From contig WRLA01000001.1 of the NCBI GenBank assembly GCA_009777825.1, positions 12,852-76,851 on the forward strand: a DNA stretch of 64,000 nt. The letters run 5' to 3'. This document shows positions 1 to 9,000 of the stretch, in pieces. The notes beneath the pieces are model-generated. The model did no database searches. It worked only from the letters and a program-made list of their open reading frames with translations, and was not told where the DNA came from. The number at the start of each line of letters is the position of its first letter. Positions within the stretch are counted from its first letter, which is position 1. A program made the translations under genes and the position numbers. This stretch comes from Bacteroidales bacterium. Its GTDB lineage: Bacteria > Bacteroidota > Bacteroidia > Bacteroidales > WRLA01.

Positions 1-50
1 GAATGCCTGTAATTTTTTATTCATATCGATAGCGTTAAATTGTTAAAATC

Positions 51-1004
51 TTATTTTAGGGGTGTAAATACTAATCGGATGTTATCTAAATAAATATTGG
101 CTTCAGCGTTATCTTTTTCCAAGTCGGCGCGTATAAATATTTGAAAATCATTGACTCCTTCGGCAAGTTTTGCTGTTACGGCATTACTGATGTCCACATA
201 TATTTTGCTCCATTCGGGGTTTCTTTGAGAGCCGACGGTAACAACAGAATGAAAATTCTTTCTATTGTTTGAAATAGCGACAATGCCCACTTCAAAGATG
301 TTGTTGGTAAGATAGTCTATTTCGACAAATATCTGTTGATTGTAAGGGAGTTCTGTCTCTGTTCCTTTTTTGAAAACTTCTTTGCTCCAGATGCAGCAAC
401 TGTCGCCTTTTTCTAAATGGATAAGTCCTATTTGGTCTCCGTAGAGCCGTTCGGGGGTGGATACAGGAACAGTTTGGCGTGGTTTTATTTGCAACGGAAC
501 GCTTCCGAATGTGGCAGCGGTGTCGAAACTGTGGTTGTTTCCTCTCTCAAAATCTTCGTTTAGCAGCAGCGATTTGTAGGCGTCTCGCATGGCGACGGTG
601 GTTCGCATGGTGCCATCTTCTTTGCGGGTAACGTTGATAATGCTGTCTTCCACAAAATTCACCATAAACTCCACGCCGCTGTAAAAAGGATAGTTGTAGC
701 GGCGTAACGAAAGATTGTTAGCCAAGATACCTGCCTGAATCAGAACTTTGTGTTCCCCTCTTTTCAACACGGGAATGCAGAGCGGCAGTTGATAAGCGCC
801 GATATTCCAACCGTCAACAGTAACCCAGGCGTCAACGATTTTTGCGGTGGGGGTAAGTCCGAATGCGGAAGTAACGGTAATGCTGTCAATCTGTATGTAA
901 GCCGGCACTTCCTGGTCTCCTTTAAACTTGTTGCATCCGGTCATTATCAACAAGATGAGGGAGAAAAAATAAATGCCGTATTTCAGTATAGATTTCTTTT
1001 GCAT
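51..1004 (-). CDS. hypothetical lipoprotein
   Basis: 317-aa ORF. The N-terminus MQKKSILKYGIYFFSLILLIMTGC is a signal peptide ending in a lipobox-type cysteine. No family recognised by eye. Confidence 0.6.
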   Translation of the reverse strand: MQKKSILKYGIYFFSLILLIMTGCNKFKGDQEVPAYIQIDSITVTSAFGLTPTAKIVDAWVTVDGWNIGAYQLPLCIPVLKRGEHKVLIQAGILANNLSLRRYNYPFYSGVEFMVNFVEDSIINVTRKEDGTMRTTVAMRDAYKSLLLNEDFERGNNHSFDTAATFGSVPLQIKPRQTVPVSTPERLYGDQIGLIHLEKGDSCCIWSKEVFKKGTETELPYNQQIFVEIDYLTNNIFEVGIVAISNNRKNFHSVVTVGSQRNPEWSKIYVDISNAVTAKLAEGVNDFQIFIRADLEKDNAEANIYLDNIRLVFTPLK

Positions 1005-1042
1005 GCCTTGTAATTATTAAGAATGGAACGCAGGGAAAGGGC

Positions 1043-2035
1043 TTATATTGCTTTTTTGCAAAAATTACACGCCTCCAAAATACGGTGTGCCACCTCTAAC
1101 GCCTTACATCCATCTTCGATGGTAACGACGGGGTTGGTGTTTTTGGCGATGGCGTCGGCAAAGGTCTCCAACTCGGTTTGGATGGCGTTGATGGGCTTTA
1201 TTTCGGGATTCTGGAAAGTGATTCGCTTTTTCGTCTTTCCGTTGCCCATGTCGAAGATCATAGCGTAGGGGTCGTTGTCGTCGTCGGGAACGGCGTCGCG
1301 CATGGTGATGATTTCGGTCTTTTTGTTCAGAAAGTCCACGGTGAGGTAGGCGTTTTGTTGGAAAAACCGCATTTTGCGCATGTTTTTCATCGAGATACGG
1401 CTGGCGGTCAGGTTGGCGACGGCGCCGTTTTCAAACTCTAAGCGGGCGTTGGCGATGTCGTGGGTATCGCTCACCACGTTGATGCCGCTGGCGTGGATGG
1501 CTTTTATCTCGGACTTGACGGCGTTGAGCAGGATGTCAATGTCGTGTATCATCAAGTCCAAAATCACCGGCACGTCGCAACCGCGCGGATTGAACTCCGC
1601 CAACCGATGACCTTCGATAAACATCGGATTGTCCAAAAAAGGCTGTACGGAGAGGTAAGCGGGGTTAAAACGCTCAACATGACCGACTTGTATCTTCACG
1701 TGCGACTGTTTGGCTAAGGCAATCAGCCGTTGCGCCTCGTCGGGCGTCGCCACGACGGGCTTTTCGATGAAGACGTGTTTGTTTCTCCGCAAGGCGGCGG
1801 AGGCGCAGTCAAAATGATGGACGGTGGGCGTTACAATGTCCACCACATCAACGGCTTCGATGAGCGCATCTATGCTCTCGAAAGCCTGTATCCCAAACTC
1901 GGCGACCACCTTTTCAGCATTGGCGTTGTCGGGATCGTAAAAACCTAATAACTTGTAATGACTTGGTAATGAATTGATACACCGTAAATGTATCTTCCCT
2001 AAATGACCTGTTCCTAATACTCCTATTTGTAACAT
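1043..2035 (-). CDS. Gfo/Idh/MocA family NAD(P)-dependent oxidoreductase
   Basis: 330 aa. N-terminal Rossmann motif IGVLGTGHLGKIH, then the EKP motif (FIEKPV) and VGHVERFNPAY, typical of this family. Confidence 0.85.
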   Translation of the reverse strand: MLQIGVLGTGHLGKIHLRCINSLPSHYKLLGFYDPDNANAEKVVAEFGIQAFESIDALIEAVDVVDIVTPTVHHFDCASAALRRNKHVFIEKPVVATPDEAQRLIALAKQSHVKIQVGHVERFNPAYLSVQPFLDNPMFIEGHRLAEFNPRGCDVPVILDLMIHDIDILLNAVKSEIKAIHASGINVVSDTHDIANARLEFENGAVANLTASRISMKNMRKMRFFQQNAYLTVDFLNKKTEIITMRDAVPDDDNDPYAMIFDMGNGKTKKRITFQNPEIKPINAIQTELETFADAIAKNTNPVVTIEDGCKALEVAHRILEACNFCKKAI

Positions 2036-2048
2036 CGCTTTTTGACGG

Positions 2049-2056
2049 CAAAGATA
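2049..2056 (-). promoter_or_regulatory. Bacteroidota -7 promoter box (TATCTTTG on minus strand)
   Basis: Forward caaagata is TAnnTTTG on the minus strand, 14 nt upstream of the oxidoreductase ATG at 2035. Confidence 0.45.
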
Positions 2057-2072
2057 CGAAAATTACGAATAA

Positions 2073-2222
2073 CGGAGTGAGATGTGAGATTGTGCGATTT
2101 GCGATGTGAGACTTTGAGACACAAGACTTTCTCTGTGAAACTCTGTGTTCTCCGTGTCTCTGTGCTGAAAAAATAACTCATAACTTGTAACTCTGGATTG
2201 TTTCGCTGCGCTCGCAATGACG
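2073..2222. repeat. mosaic intergenic repeat (modules M1, M3 inverted, M2 inverted)
   Basis: Three modules are present here. M1 is gtgagatgtgagattgtgcgatttgcgatgtgagactttgagacacaagac. M3 is ctctgtgaaactctgtgttctccgtgtctctgtgctgaaaaa. M2 is ctctggattgtttcgctgcgctcgcaatgacg. The same modules recur at 63671-63799 in a different order and orientation, and M2 recurs at 38732-38765. Confidence 0.7.
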
Positions 2223-2333
2223 AACAACGACAATTTAAAATTCCTCTCTTTTATCCTTTTTATCGCCGCAGGCTTTTATCTTTTTATCATTATATATCGC
2301 ACACATTCACATTTTTATGTATTTTTGCTCATC

Positions 2334-2831
2334 ATGTTAATAGTCGACATCGTCATAGTTTTATTATTGATTATCACTGCGTTCCGTGGTTTCTCCAAAG
2401 GATTTGTGATGCAGTTGGCGGGATTGATAGCGATGGCGGCAGGAATTCTGGCGGCTTATTTCTTCTGGAACGCAAGTTATTTGATGATTCAACAGTGGGT
2501 AGAATGGAACCATCACGTTTTGAAAGTAATAGCCGTCATCGGGACGACGCTGGTGGTAACGATTGTCATCCTTCTGCTCGGAAAACTGCTGTCGAAAGTG
2601 ATTCATCTCACGCCGTTCGGGATTTTGGACAGGCTGTTGGGCGTGATTTTCGGAATAGTGCGGATGGTGCTGTTGCTTAGTTTCGTCATCTTCGCCTTGC
2701 TGTACATCAATCCCGAAATGCAGTTTTTGCAAGATGAATATTTGAATCAGTCCTATCTCTTGCCTTATATAAAATCTGTTGTGCCTATGCTAATTGATAT
2801 TTTCTTTAGCACGCAGATGACGCAGATTTAG
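2334..2831 (+). CDS. cvpA: CvpA family membrane protein
   Basis: The ORF track gives 2217..2831. The internal ATG at 2334 (MLIVDIVIVLLLIITAFRGFSKGFV...) matches the usual CvpA N-terminus. Four hydrophobic segments are present. The upstream 39 codons run through repeat sequence. The stop codon lies inside the GCAGAT-run element. Confidence 0.7.
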   Translation: MLIVDIVIVLLLIITAFRGFSKGFVMQLAGLIAMAAGILAAYFFWNASYLMIQQWVEWNHHVLKVIAVIGTTLVVTIVILLLGKLLSKVIHLTPFGILDRLLGVIFGIVRMVLLLSFVIFALLYINPEMQFLQDEYLNQSYLLPYIKSVVPMLIDIFFSTQMTQI

Positions 2832-2850
2832 CAGATAGACGCAGATTTTA
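2806..2850 (+). repeat. GCAGAT-run element, copy 1
   Basis: Sequence ttagcacgcagatgacgcagatttagcagatagacgcagatttta. Near-identical copy at 62526-62570 and a degenerate copy at 55251-55294. Confidence 0.7.
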
Positions 2851-2852
2851 AA

Positions 2853-3956
2853 TCAAAGCAAACCTTTGGCCTGCATAATCCGCCGGTACGATTCCTCTAT
2901 CCGCTCTTCCGTGATAACTCTTTCATCCACAAGTTCTAATATGGCGTTCAGCGCTTTTTGCGCCAGCAGTGGGTCGTAACTTTCGGACGAGTTGTTGGAA
3001 AAAATCAAAACGTCCACACCTGCATTGATTGCCAAGGCGATAGATTCTTTCAGTCCGAAGTTTTTGGTAATGGCGCCCATGTTCATGTCGTCGGAAAAGA
3101 TGCAGCCGTCCCAACCGAGACTGTCGCGCAGCATAGCGGTGATGATTTTCTGCGACAGCGTTCCGGGGTAGTCGGCGTCTAAGTTGGCGTTGAAGACATG
3201 CGACGACATCACCGCGTCGCACATTCCGGACGCAATCATCATTCTATATGGTTGCAGTTCAATCTCTTGCCATGTTTCTGTGATGTCGGTAAATCCATCG
3301 TGGGAGTCCTCTTTCGAACTTCCGTGTCCGGGAAAATGTTTGAGGCAACTTAGAACTCCGTGCGTCCGGTGCGCTTCCACAAAAATCTCGGCATGTTTGA
3401 CCACCCGGTCGGGATTGTCGGAAAAAGAACGCTCGACCTTTCCAATGATTGGACAGTTTTTGTTGATATTCAAATCAATACAGGGAGAAAAATTGAGATT
3501 GATACCGCAATCGGATAGCGTCTTAGCCATCCTGTCGGCGTAGAAACGGGTGGAATCGGCATCGTCCAATTGACCGAGATAGTGCGCCGAAGCAGTCGCC
3601 GGAAAACCGTAATTTGTTTTCAATCTGTTCACTTTCCCGCCTTCCTGGTCAATGGCTACAAATAGTTTATTGTCAGTAAGTTGTTGCAAGTCTGCGCAGA
3701 GTTTTTGCAGTTGTTGGGAAGAAGATATATTTCGCGGACGACTTTTCGACGGGAGGTCGTATTCAAATAAAATCACGCCTCCGATGTTCAGTCCCTTGAC
3801 GTCGGACACAATCTGTTCATTCTGAGACAAATCCGTTCCCCGAAAGCCCATCATCAGCATCTGCGCCGCTTGATACGACAGAGAATCATTCCTCTGTGAA
3901 AACAGTGAGAATGAGTGGATTATAAGAATCAGTGTGAGAAGTCTCGATTTATTCAT
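2853..3956 (-). CDS. secreted glycoside hydrolase family 3 N-terminal domain protein (beta-N-acetylhexosaminidase-like)
   Basis: GH3 motifs are present: KHFPGHGSS, AIDQEGGKVNRL and a SDDMNMGA-type region. The likely start is M27 of the ORF (MNKSRLLTLILIIHSFSLFS|Q signal peptide). The ORF track start at 4034 runs through flanking repeat sequence. Confidence 0.8.
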   Translation of the reverse strand: MNKSRLLTLILIIHSFSLFSQRNDSLSYQAAQMLMMGFRGTDLSQNEQIVSDVKGLNIGGVILFEYDLPSKSRPRNISSSQQLQKLCADLQQLTDNKLFVAIDQEGGKVNRLKTNYGFPATASAHYLGQLDDADSTRFYADRMAKTLSDCGINLNFSPCIDLNINKNCPIIGKVERSFSDNPDRVVKHAEIFVEAHRTHGVLSCLKHFPGHGSSKEDSHDGFTDITETWQEIELQPYRMMIASGMCDAVMSSHVFNANLDADYPGTLSQKIITAMLRDSLGWDGCIFSDDMNMGAITKNFGLKESIALAINAGVDVLIFSNNSSESYDPLLAQKALNAILELVDERVITEERIEESYRRIMQAKGLL

Positions 3957-4000
3957 TATTATTTTCAGATTATAATTGGCTATAACTATATATTTTTTCG

Positions 4001-4022
4001 AGTTATAGCCAAATATAAATTT
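4001..4022. repeat. 22-bp perfect direct repeat, left copy (AGTTATAGCCAAATATAAATTT)
   Basis: Identical 22-mer at 5491-5512. Its left half pairs with ttggctataact at 3976-3987 to form a hairpin just after the ATPase stop codon. Confidence 0.85.
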
Positions 4023-4030
4023 TATAAATT

Positions 4031-5446
4031 TCATGTAAATAAGTCATTAACAGTTACTTCTGATTGAATATGACCCCAATAAGCATTGCGTTTTACACCA
4101 TAAGTCGTTATCATTGTCAGGTGTACGGCTTTGCGATTTTTTGTCTCTTCCTTAAATGCAGCACGTTTGTTGCGGAGGTTTTCGTCCAATCTTTTATCTA
4201 TTGTAAATTTTTCGTTTGCAAATTTCATTTCGCAAAGGTTTATCACGTTGTCGTTTCGTTCGATGAGCAGGTCAATTTGTGCGCCGTGTTTTTTATCGTT
4301 GCTTATCCACGAATAGGCGCTTGTCAGTACGCCGGAGATGCCGAGTTTTTGTTTTATTTGAGACAGGTGAGATAAACAAACCTGCTCAAAGGCGTATCCC
4401 GACCAGGCGCGATGACGTGCGTTTTCGATAAAGTTTGTCCAATAGTGCTCGTCATTAAATGCGCTGTCTTTCAGGAAGTTAAAGTAAAAAAGCGTATAAA
4501 AGTCAACAAGTTGGTAGAGGCTGTGCCGGATTTTCTTGCCATAGCCTCTGTAACGGCGAATAAATCCGGAAAGTTCCAACTCTTTGAGTACGCGATTGAT
4601 ACCGCCGCCGTTGGGCAGTTTTGTAGCGCTGATGATTTCATTGCGCGTTAACCCTTTGGCTTTGCTGCTCAATGCTTCCACAATTTTGATGTGATTTTCC
4701 GCTTTTTTGAATAGGGAATCATATAGATTCTGAAATTCGTTTTTGAGCGGAGTGTTTGACGCAAAAAGAAGGTTATCAACATTTTGTGCCATGCTGAGTT
4801 GTTTTTGCATCAGACTGAGGTAATAGGGTATTCCACCGAAAATCATGTAGTTTTCAACCATCTCACGGCGCGACATTGCGAAATGGTTCTTTTTGTAATA
4901 CGCCTCACATTCCGAGAGTGTAAACGGATGTAAATAGATTTGCTGCGTTACGCGATTGTGCAGTCCGCCGCGGTTATTAAGAATTTTATCAACTATCCAC
5001 GAAGTTATTGAACCACAAACGATTAGCAATATGTCTTTTTGTCCCGAAGCCCATCCGTTCCAAAAATGTTCTAAGGCGGTAAGAAAGCCTGAGCGCGGGG
5101 TATCCATCCACGGCATCTCGTCGAGAAATACGACTTTTTTCCCTTTTTTTCGACTGCGGAGTATGAGTTTTCTTAACTGTCCAAAACTATCGAACCACGT
5201 TGTAGCCTCCGGGTAACTGACTGTACCGTAATGGTTTAAAGAAGCATTGAAACTGTGTAACTGCATCTCCATTCCCGTATTCGCCATTCCTGTGTGGTAG
5301 AACGTGAATTTGTCGCCGAAAAACTCGCGAATCAGAAAAGTTTTACCCACTCTGCGCCGTCCAAACACGGCTACAAATTCCGCACTGTCTGATGCAATAA
5401 AGCGTTCTAACGCTTCCAGTTCTGTTTTTCTTCCAATAATAGCCAT
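4031..5446 (-). CDS. AAA-type ATP-binding protein (Arch_ATPase/DUF234-like)
   Basis: 471 aa. Walker A motif GRRRVGKTFL and Walker B-like motif VVFLDEMPW. The C-terminal region is typical of the ATPase-plus-DUF234 family. Confidence 0.8.
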   Translation of the reverse strand: MAIIGRKTELEALERFIASDSAEFVAVFGRRRVGKTFLIREFFGDKFTFYHTGMANTGMEMQLHSFNASLNHYGTVSYPEATTWFDSFGQLRKLILRSRKKGKKVVFLDEMPWMDTPRSGFLTALEHFWNGWASGQKDILLIVCGSITSWIVDKILNNRGGLHNRVTQQIYLHPFTLSECEAYYKKNHFAMSRREMVENYMIFGGIPYYLSLMQKQLSMAQNVDNLLFASNTPLKNEFQNLYDSLFKKAENHIKIVEALSSKAKGLTRNEIISATKLPNGGGINRVLKELELSGFIRRYRGYGKKIRHSLYQLVDFYTLFYFNFLKDSAFNDEHYWTNFIENARHRAWSGYAFEQVCLSHLSQIKQKLGISGVLTSAYSWISNDKKHGAQIDLLIERNDNVINLCEMKFANEKFTIDKRLDENLRNKRAAFKEETKNRKAVHLTMITTYGVKRNAYWGHIQSEVTVNDLFT

Positions 5447-5471
5447 AAAAGATAAAATTTATATTTGGCTG

Positions 5472-5479
5472 CAAAGGTA
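5472..5479 (-). promoter_or_regulatory. -7 promoter box (TACCTTTG on minus strand)
   Basis: Forward caaaggta lies 26 nt upstream of the ATPase ATG, in the loop between inverted copies of agccaaatataaattt. Confidence 0.5.
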
Positions 5480-5490
5480 TAAAAAAATAT

Positions 5491-5512
5491 AGTTATAGCC
5501 AAATATAAATTT
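5491..5512. repeat. 22-bp perfect direct repeat, right copy
   Basis: Identical to 4001-4022. Its right half pairs with aaatttatatttggct at 5454-5469. Confidence 0.85.
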
Positions 5513-5522
5513 CGTGTCATCT

Positions 5523-5975
5523 TCAATACTTCTCCAACGCCTCCCGATAACTCTCTTTCATCTCTTCCGCAAAACTTTGCGCTTCCATCACTTTCACGCT
5601 TTCGCCATGCGATAAGACGTAGATTTTCACGCGGTTGTCGTAAATATCCCGCGCCAGAAGGTACCAGCGATACTTAAACTCTTTCAATGCCAAAGGGTTG
5701 ACGGTTTGCTCTTCGGGATGGCCGGTGTAATACTTCTGATAGGAAAACGTTGCCTGAATCCGGTTTTTGATGGCGTGGAGCAAGCCGTAGAGGTGTTATG
5801 TTCCCTGCGTTTGCCGTTTTTCGAGATAGAGGTACTGTTTGTTGCGCTCATTCATCTTCAAGGCGTGACAGACGTCGAAAGCTTCGAAAAAACAGTCGTA
5901 AATTTCGGGTTCAAACTCTTCTTCGATGTAATAAGGAGTATTAAAAAACCGCCAAAGTTTTTTAATTCCTTGACG
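5523..5975 (-). pseudogene. WYL-domain protein remnant (5'-truncated, in-frame stop)
   Basis: My hand translation of the minus strand reads ...RFFNTPYYIEEEFEPEIYDCFFEAFDVCHALKMNERNKQYLYLEKRQTQGT*HLYGLLHAIKNRIQATFSYQKY...FKYRWYLLARD.... An in-frame TAA sits at about 5787-5789. A stop codon with no ATG lies at the 5' limit. The KYRWYLLA motif is typical of WYL domains. Confidence 0.5.
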
Positions 5976-6002
5976 ATTGTAAAATTAAAAAAATGAAAAA
6001 TA

Positions 6003-9000
6003 TTATGGGTTAACCCACTCTTTCGTCTCCTGATAGATGGTGTTATGCGCACCGAAATTAATACGGATGACATTGAAATCGGCACTGTTGATGCCTTTAT
6101 CGCCGGTCAGGTCGTATCTCAGGTCATAGTTGCCGTTTCCGATAAAGCCTTCTTTGGATCGGATGGCAGAGTAGTCTTTTTCGTCAATCTTCATGTCGCC
6201 GTTGACATCTCCGCCTACAAGTTCGCGGTGTTCCAAGTAGGCGTTGTCGGTGATGTGTACCTCGGCATAGCGTGTGAGGAAACCCTGACGAGATATTTCC
6301 AAGATGTATTCGTCGGGCGCAATGTCTTCCAAGATAAACCAACCGAGAGGCGCAGTAGGACATCTGTCTGCAAGCGTAAGTTTAGCCGTATTCGGCACGC
6401 CGGAGATCTTACCTATGTCGCTCCATTTGATTGATAATCCGGGATTATTGAGATTGCCAATTATACCGGGGTGTTTAGGCGCTCCGACGATAACGTCATC
6501 AACATTGCAGTCATAATATAACGCACGGATTGTCAGTAGCGGCGTCTGTTTGCGAATATATCCTATCTTGTCGAGCGTGAGCGGCGGCGGAGGCGTGTAG
6601 AGTTTTGCCAATACCACAACATCTGTATTAAACGCATCGTCCACCGTGTGAACAAACGGGGAGATCGTCCCTTTCGGACTGTAACATTCGGCGGTTACGA
6701 AAACAGGCGTGCGGTCGCTTTCGCAAATTCCTACGGCTTGTGCAGCCCAATAGGTCGTCTCATTTTCCAACAACGTTGTCTCCGGCGATGTTATTTCGTT
6801 GCCATGATCGTCATACCATTTGATATGGACGCCGATGACCATCAGGTCGGAGACAAATACTATTTTACCGTTGCAGGTCGTCTGTGTCGGCGGAGCGATC
6901 GGTGCCGGATATTGGTCAAGAACGACTTCTACCGACGTACGTGTGGCGCTTTCGCAACTGCCCGCTTTCTGAGCAGCATAATAGAAACCTTCTATCAATA
7001 TGGCGTCGTTCAACAATGGAACGCCACCCGTTGAGGTCGAATACCACACAATTTGGTCGTTGGGTATGGCTAAGTTGGCTATCAAAGCGCCTTCACAGAA
7101 GTGTTGTGGGGTATCCATCTCCGGAGCAGCGGAAACGGCGCCCGTAAGGTAAATGTTTACCTCTCTGCGTTGTACGCTGAAACAAGCGCCGCCACCAAAT
7201 TTCAATGCAGCATAAAGCGTAGTCGTATCACTGACCAAAGGCATATCGGATGGCAGTTGAGAGCCGTCGGTCATCCGGTCGAACCATACAATATTGGTGT
7301 TTCCGTTGGTCGGAACGTCTGCCAAGGTAGCAGGAGCGCAAAGTTCAACTTCGTAGGGCAAATCCGGCGCATCTATAACCACATTGTTGTTAATGATAAC
7401 CGTTACGGCTGTCCGCTCTCTTGCACAACCCTCAGCGCTTATTTGTTCGACATAATAAACGCCGTCAACCAACTCTTCTGTTTCCGGGAAAGGCGTTCCT
7501 CCTGTTTCCGAATCATACCAAAGCACATCTTTTTGATTGATTGTCAGTAGATCGGCTACTGTCGCACCATCACAGAATATTTGAGGCGAGATAGCCTCCG
7601 GAGGAGCAATAGTTCCGCTATTGCCCTGCCCTATCTCGATGCCGTAAATACGCACCACGCAGCCTTCGTCATCTTTTACGAAGACGTCGTGGAAGCCGGC
7701 GCCAAGACCGGTGATGGCGTAGGGCGCGGTCAGCGGTTTGTAACTCACGCCGCCATCGAGGCTGTAGTAATAGGGTGATACTCCGCCGGTTATCGTCAAG
7801 TTGGCGCTGCCGTTGCTCAAACCGCAACCGGCGCTGTAGGTCGTCGCGGAGGTAACGGAGAAAGTCGTGGCGTCGTTGGTAATGACTTGCGTCTTAACCT
7901 GAGTGATGCAATCTTCGTCGCTGCGCAGTTCTACGTCGTAACTGCCTGCCGGGACGGAGTGGTAGATCTCGTCGCTGTTGATGGCGATCCACGCGCCGCT
8001 GTTGATACGGTAATCCGTTGGTTCTCCGGCGGTTATGGTTATCTTCAAGATGCCGTTGCTGACGCCGCAGATTGCCGTTGCTTCTTCGTCCAAGGTAAAT
8101 GCCATGCCGCCGTCGTCCGCTGCTCTTATAATAAAGCCGCCCACCGGAACGTCGCAACCGCCGTCAACGATGGTTAAGGTGTGGTCGCCGATGGCGATGT
8201 TTCCTATCGTAACATGGTTATTATCAGTTACTTGCGTCGGTATCTCGTCGTCAATATAGTAATAATATGGTATCGTAACGTCGGTAGCGGTGAAGATGAT
8301 GCTGCCTTCGCCGTCGCAGTTAGGCGCGTCGGTGATGGTCGTGATGGCGATGAGCGTCGTCGTGCCGCTGTTGGTCAACGCCAACGTTTGGCTCACGTCG
8401 CTACAGCCGCCGCCGGACACCTGCACCGTAACGGTGTAGTTGCCTGCCGACAGCCCGCCGATGATGCCGCTGCCGTCCAAATCATCCCAGCCGCCGCCGT
8501 TCAACGAATATTCGTAAGCGCCGCCGCCCGTAACAACCAACTTGATGCTGCCGTCATTGTTGCCGCACGTCGGCTGTGTCATCACGCTAATCGAAACAAT
8601 ATCAACGGTTTCACTACTGCCCTGCCCTATCTCGACGCCGTAAATACGCACCACGCAACCTTCGTCGTCTTTGACGAAGATGTCGTGGAAGCCGGCGCCA
8701 AGACCCGTGATGGCGTAGGGCGCGGTCAGCGGTTTGTAACTGACGCCACCATCGAGGCTGTAGTAATAGGGTGATAATCCGCCGGTTATCGTCAATCCGG
8801 CGCTGCCGTTGCTCAACCCGCAACCGGCGCTGTAGGTCGTGCCGGCAGAGACAGAGAACGTCGTCGCATCGTTGGTGATGACCTGCGTCTTAACTTGAGT
8901 GATGCAATCTTCGTCGCTGCGCAACTCTACGTCGTAACTTCCTGCCGGGACGGAGCGGTAGATTTCGTCGCTGTTGATGGCGATCCACGCGCCGCTGTTG

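Noticed and set aside
1-24. A possible start (MNKKLQAF...) of another minus-strand gene running off the left edge of the window.
   Set aside because: Only 8 codons are visible, which is not enough to support a call.
2023-2217. The 64-aa ORF MRAQRNNPELQVMSY..., and the similar 74-aa ORF at 38584-38808 (..HCERSEAIQ..).
   Set aside because: Both are translations of the dispersed M1/M2/M3 repeat modules. The same peptides would appear wherever the repeat occurs.
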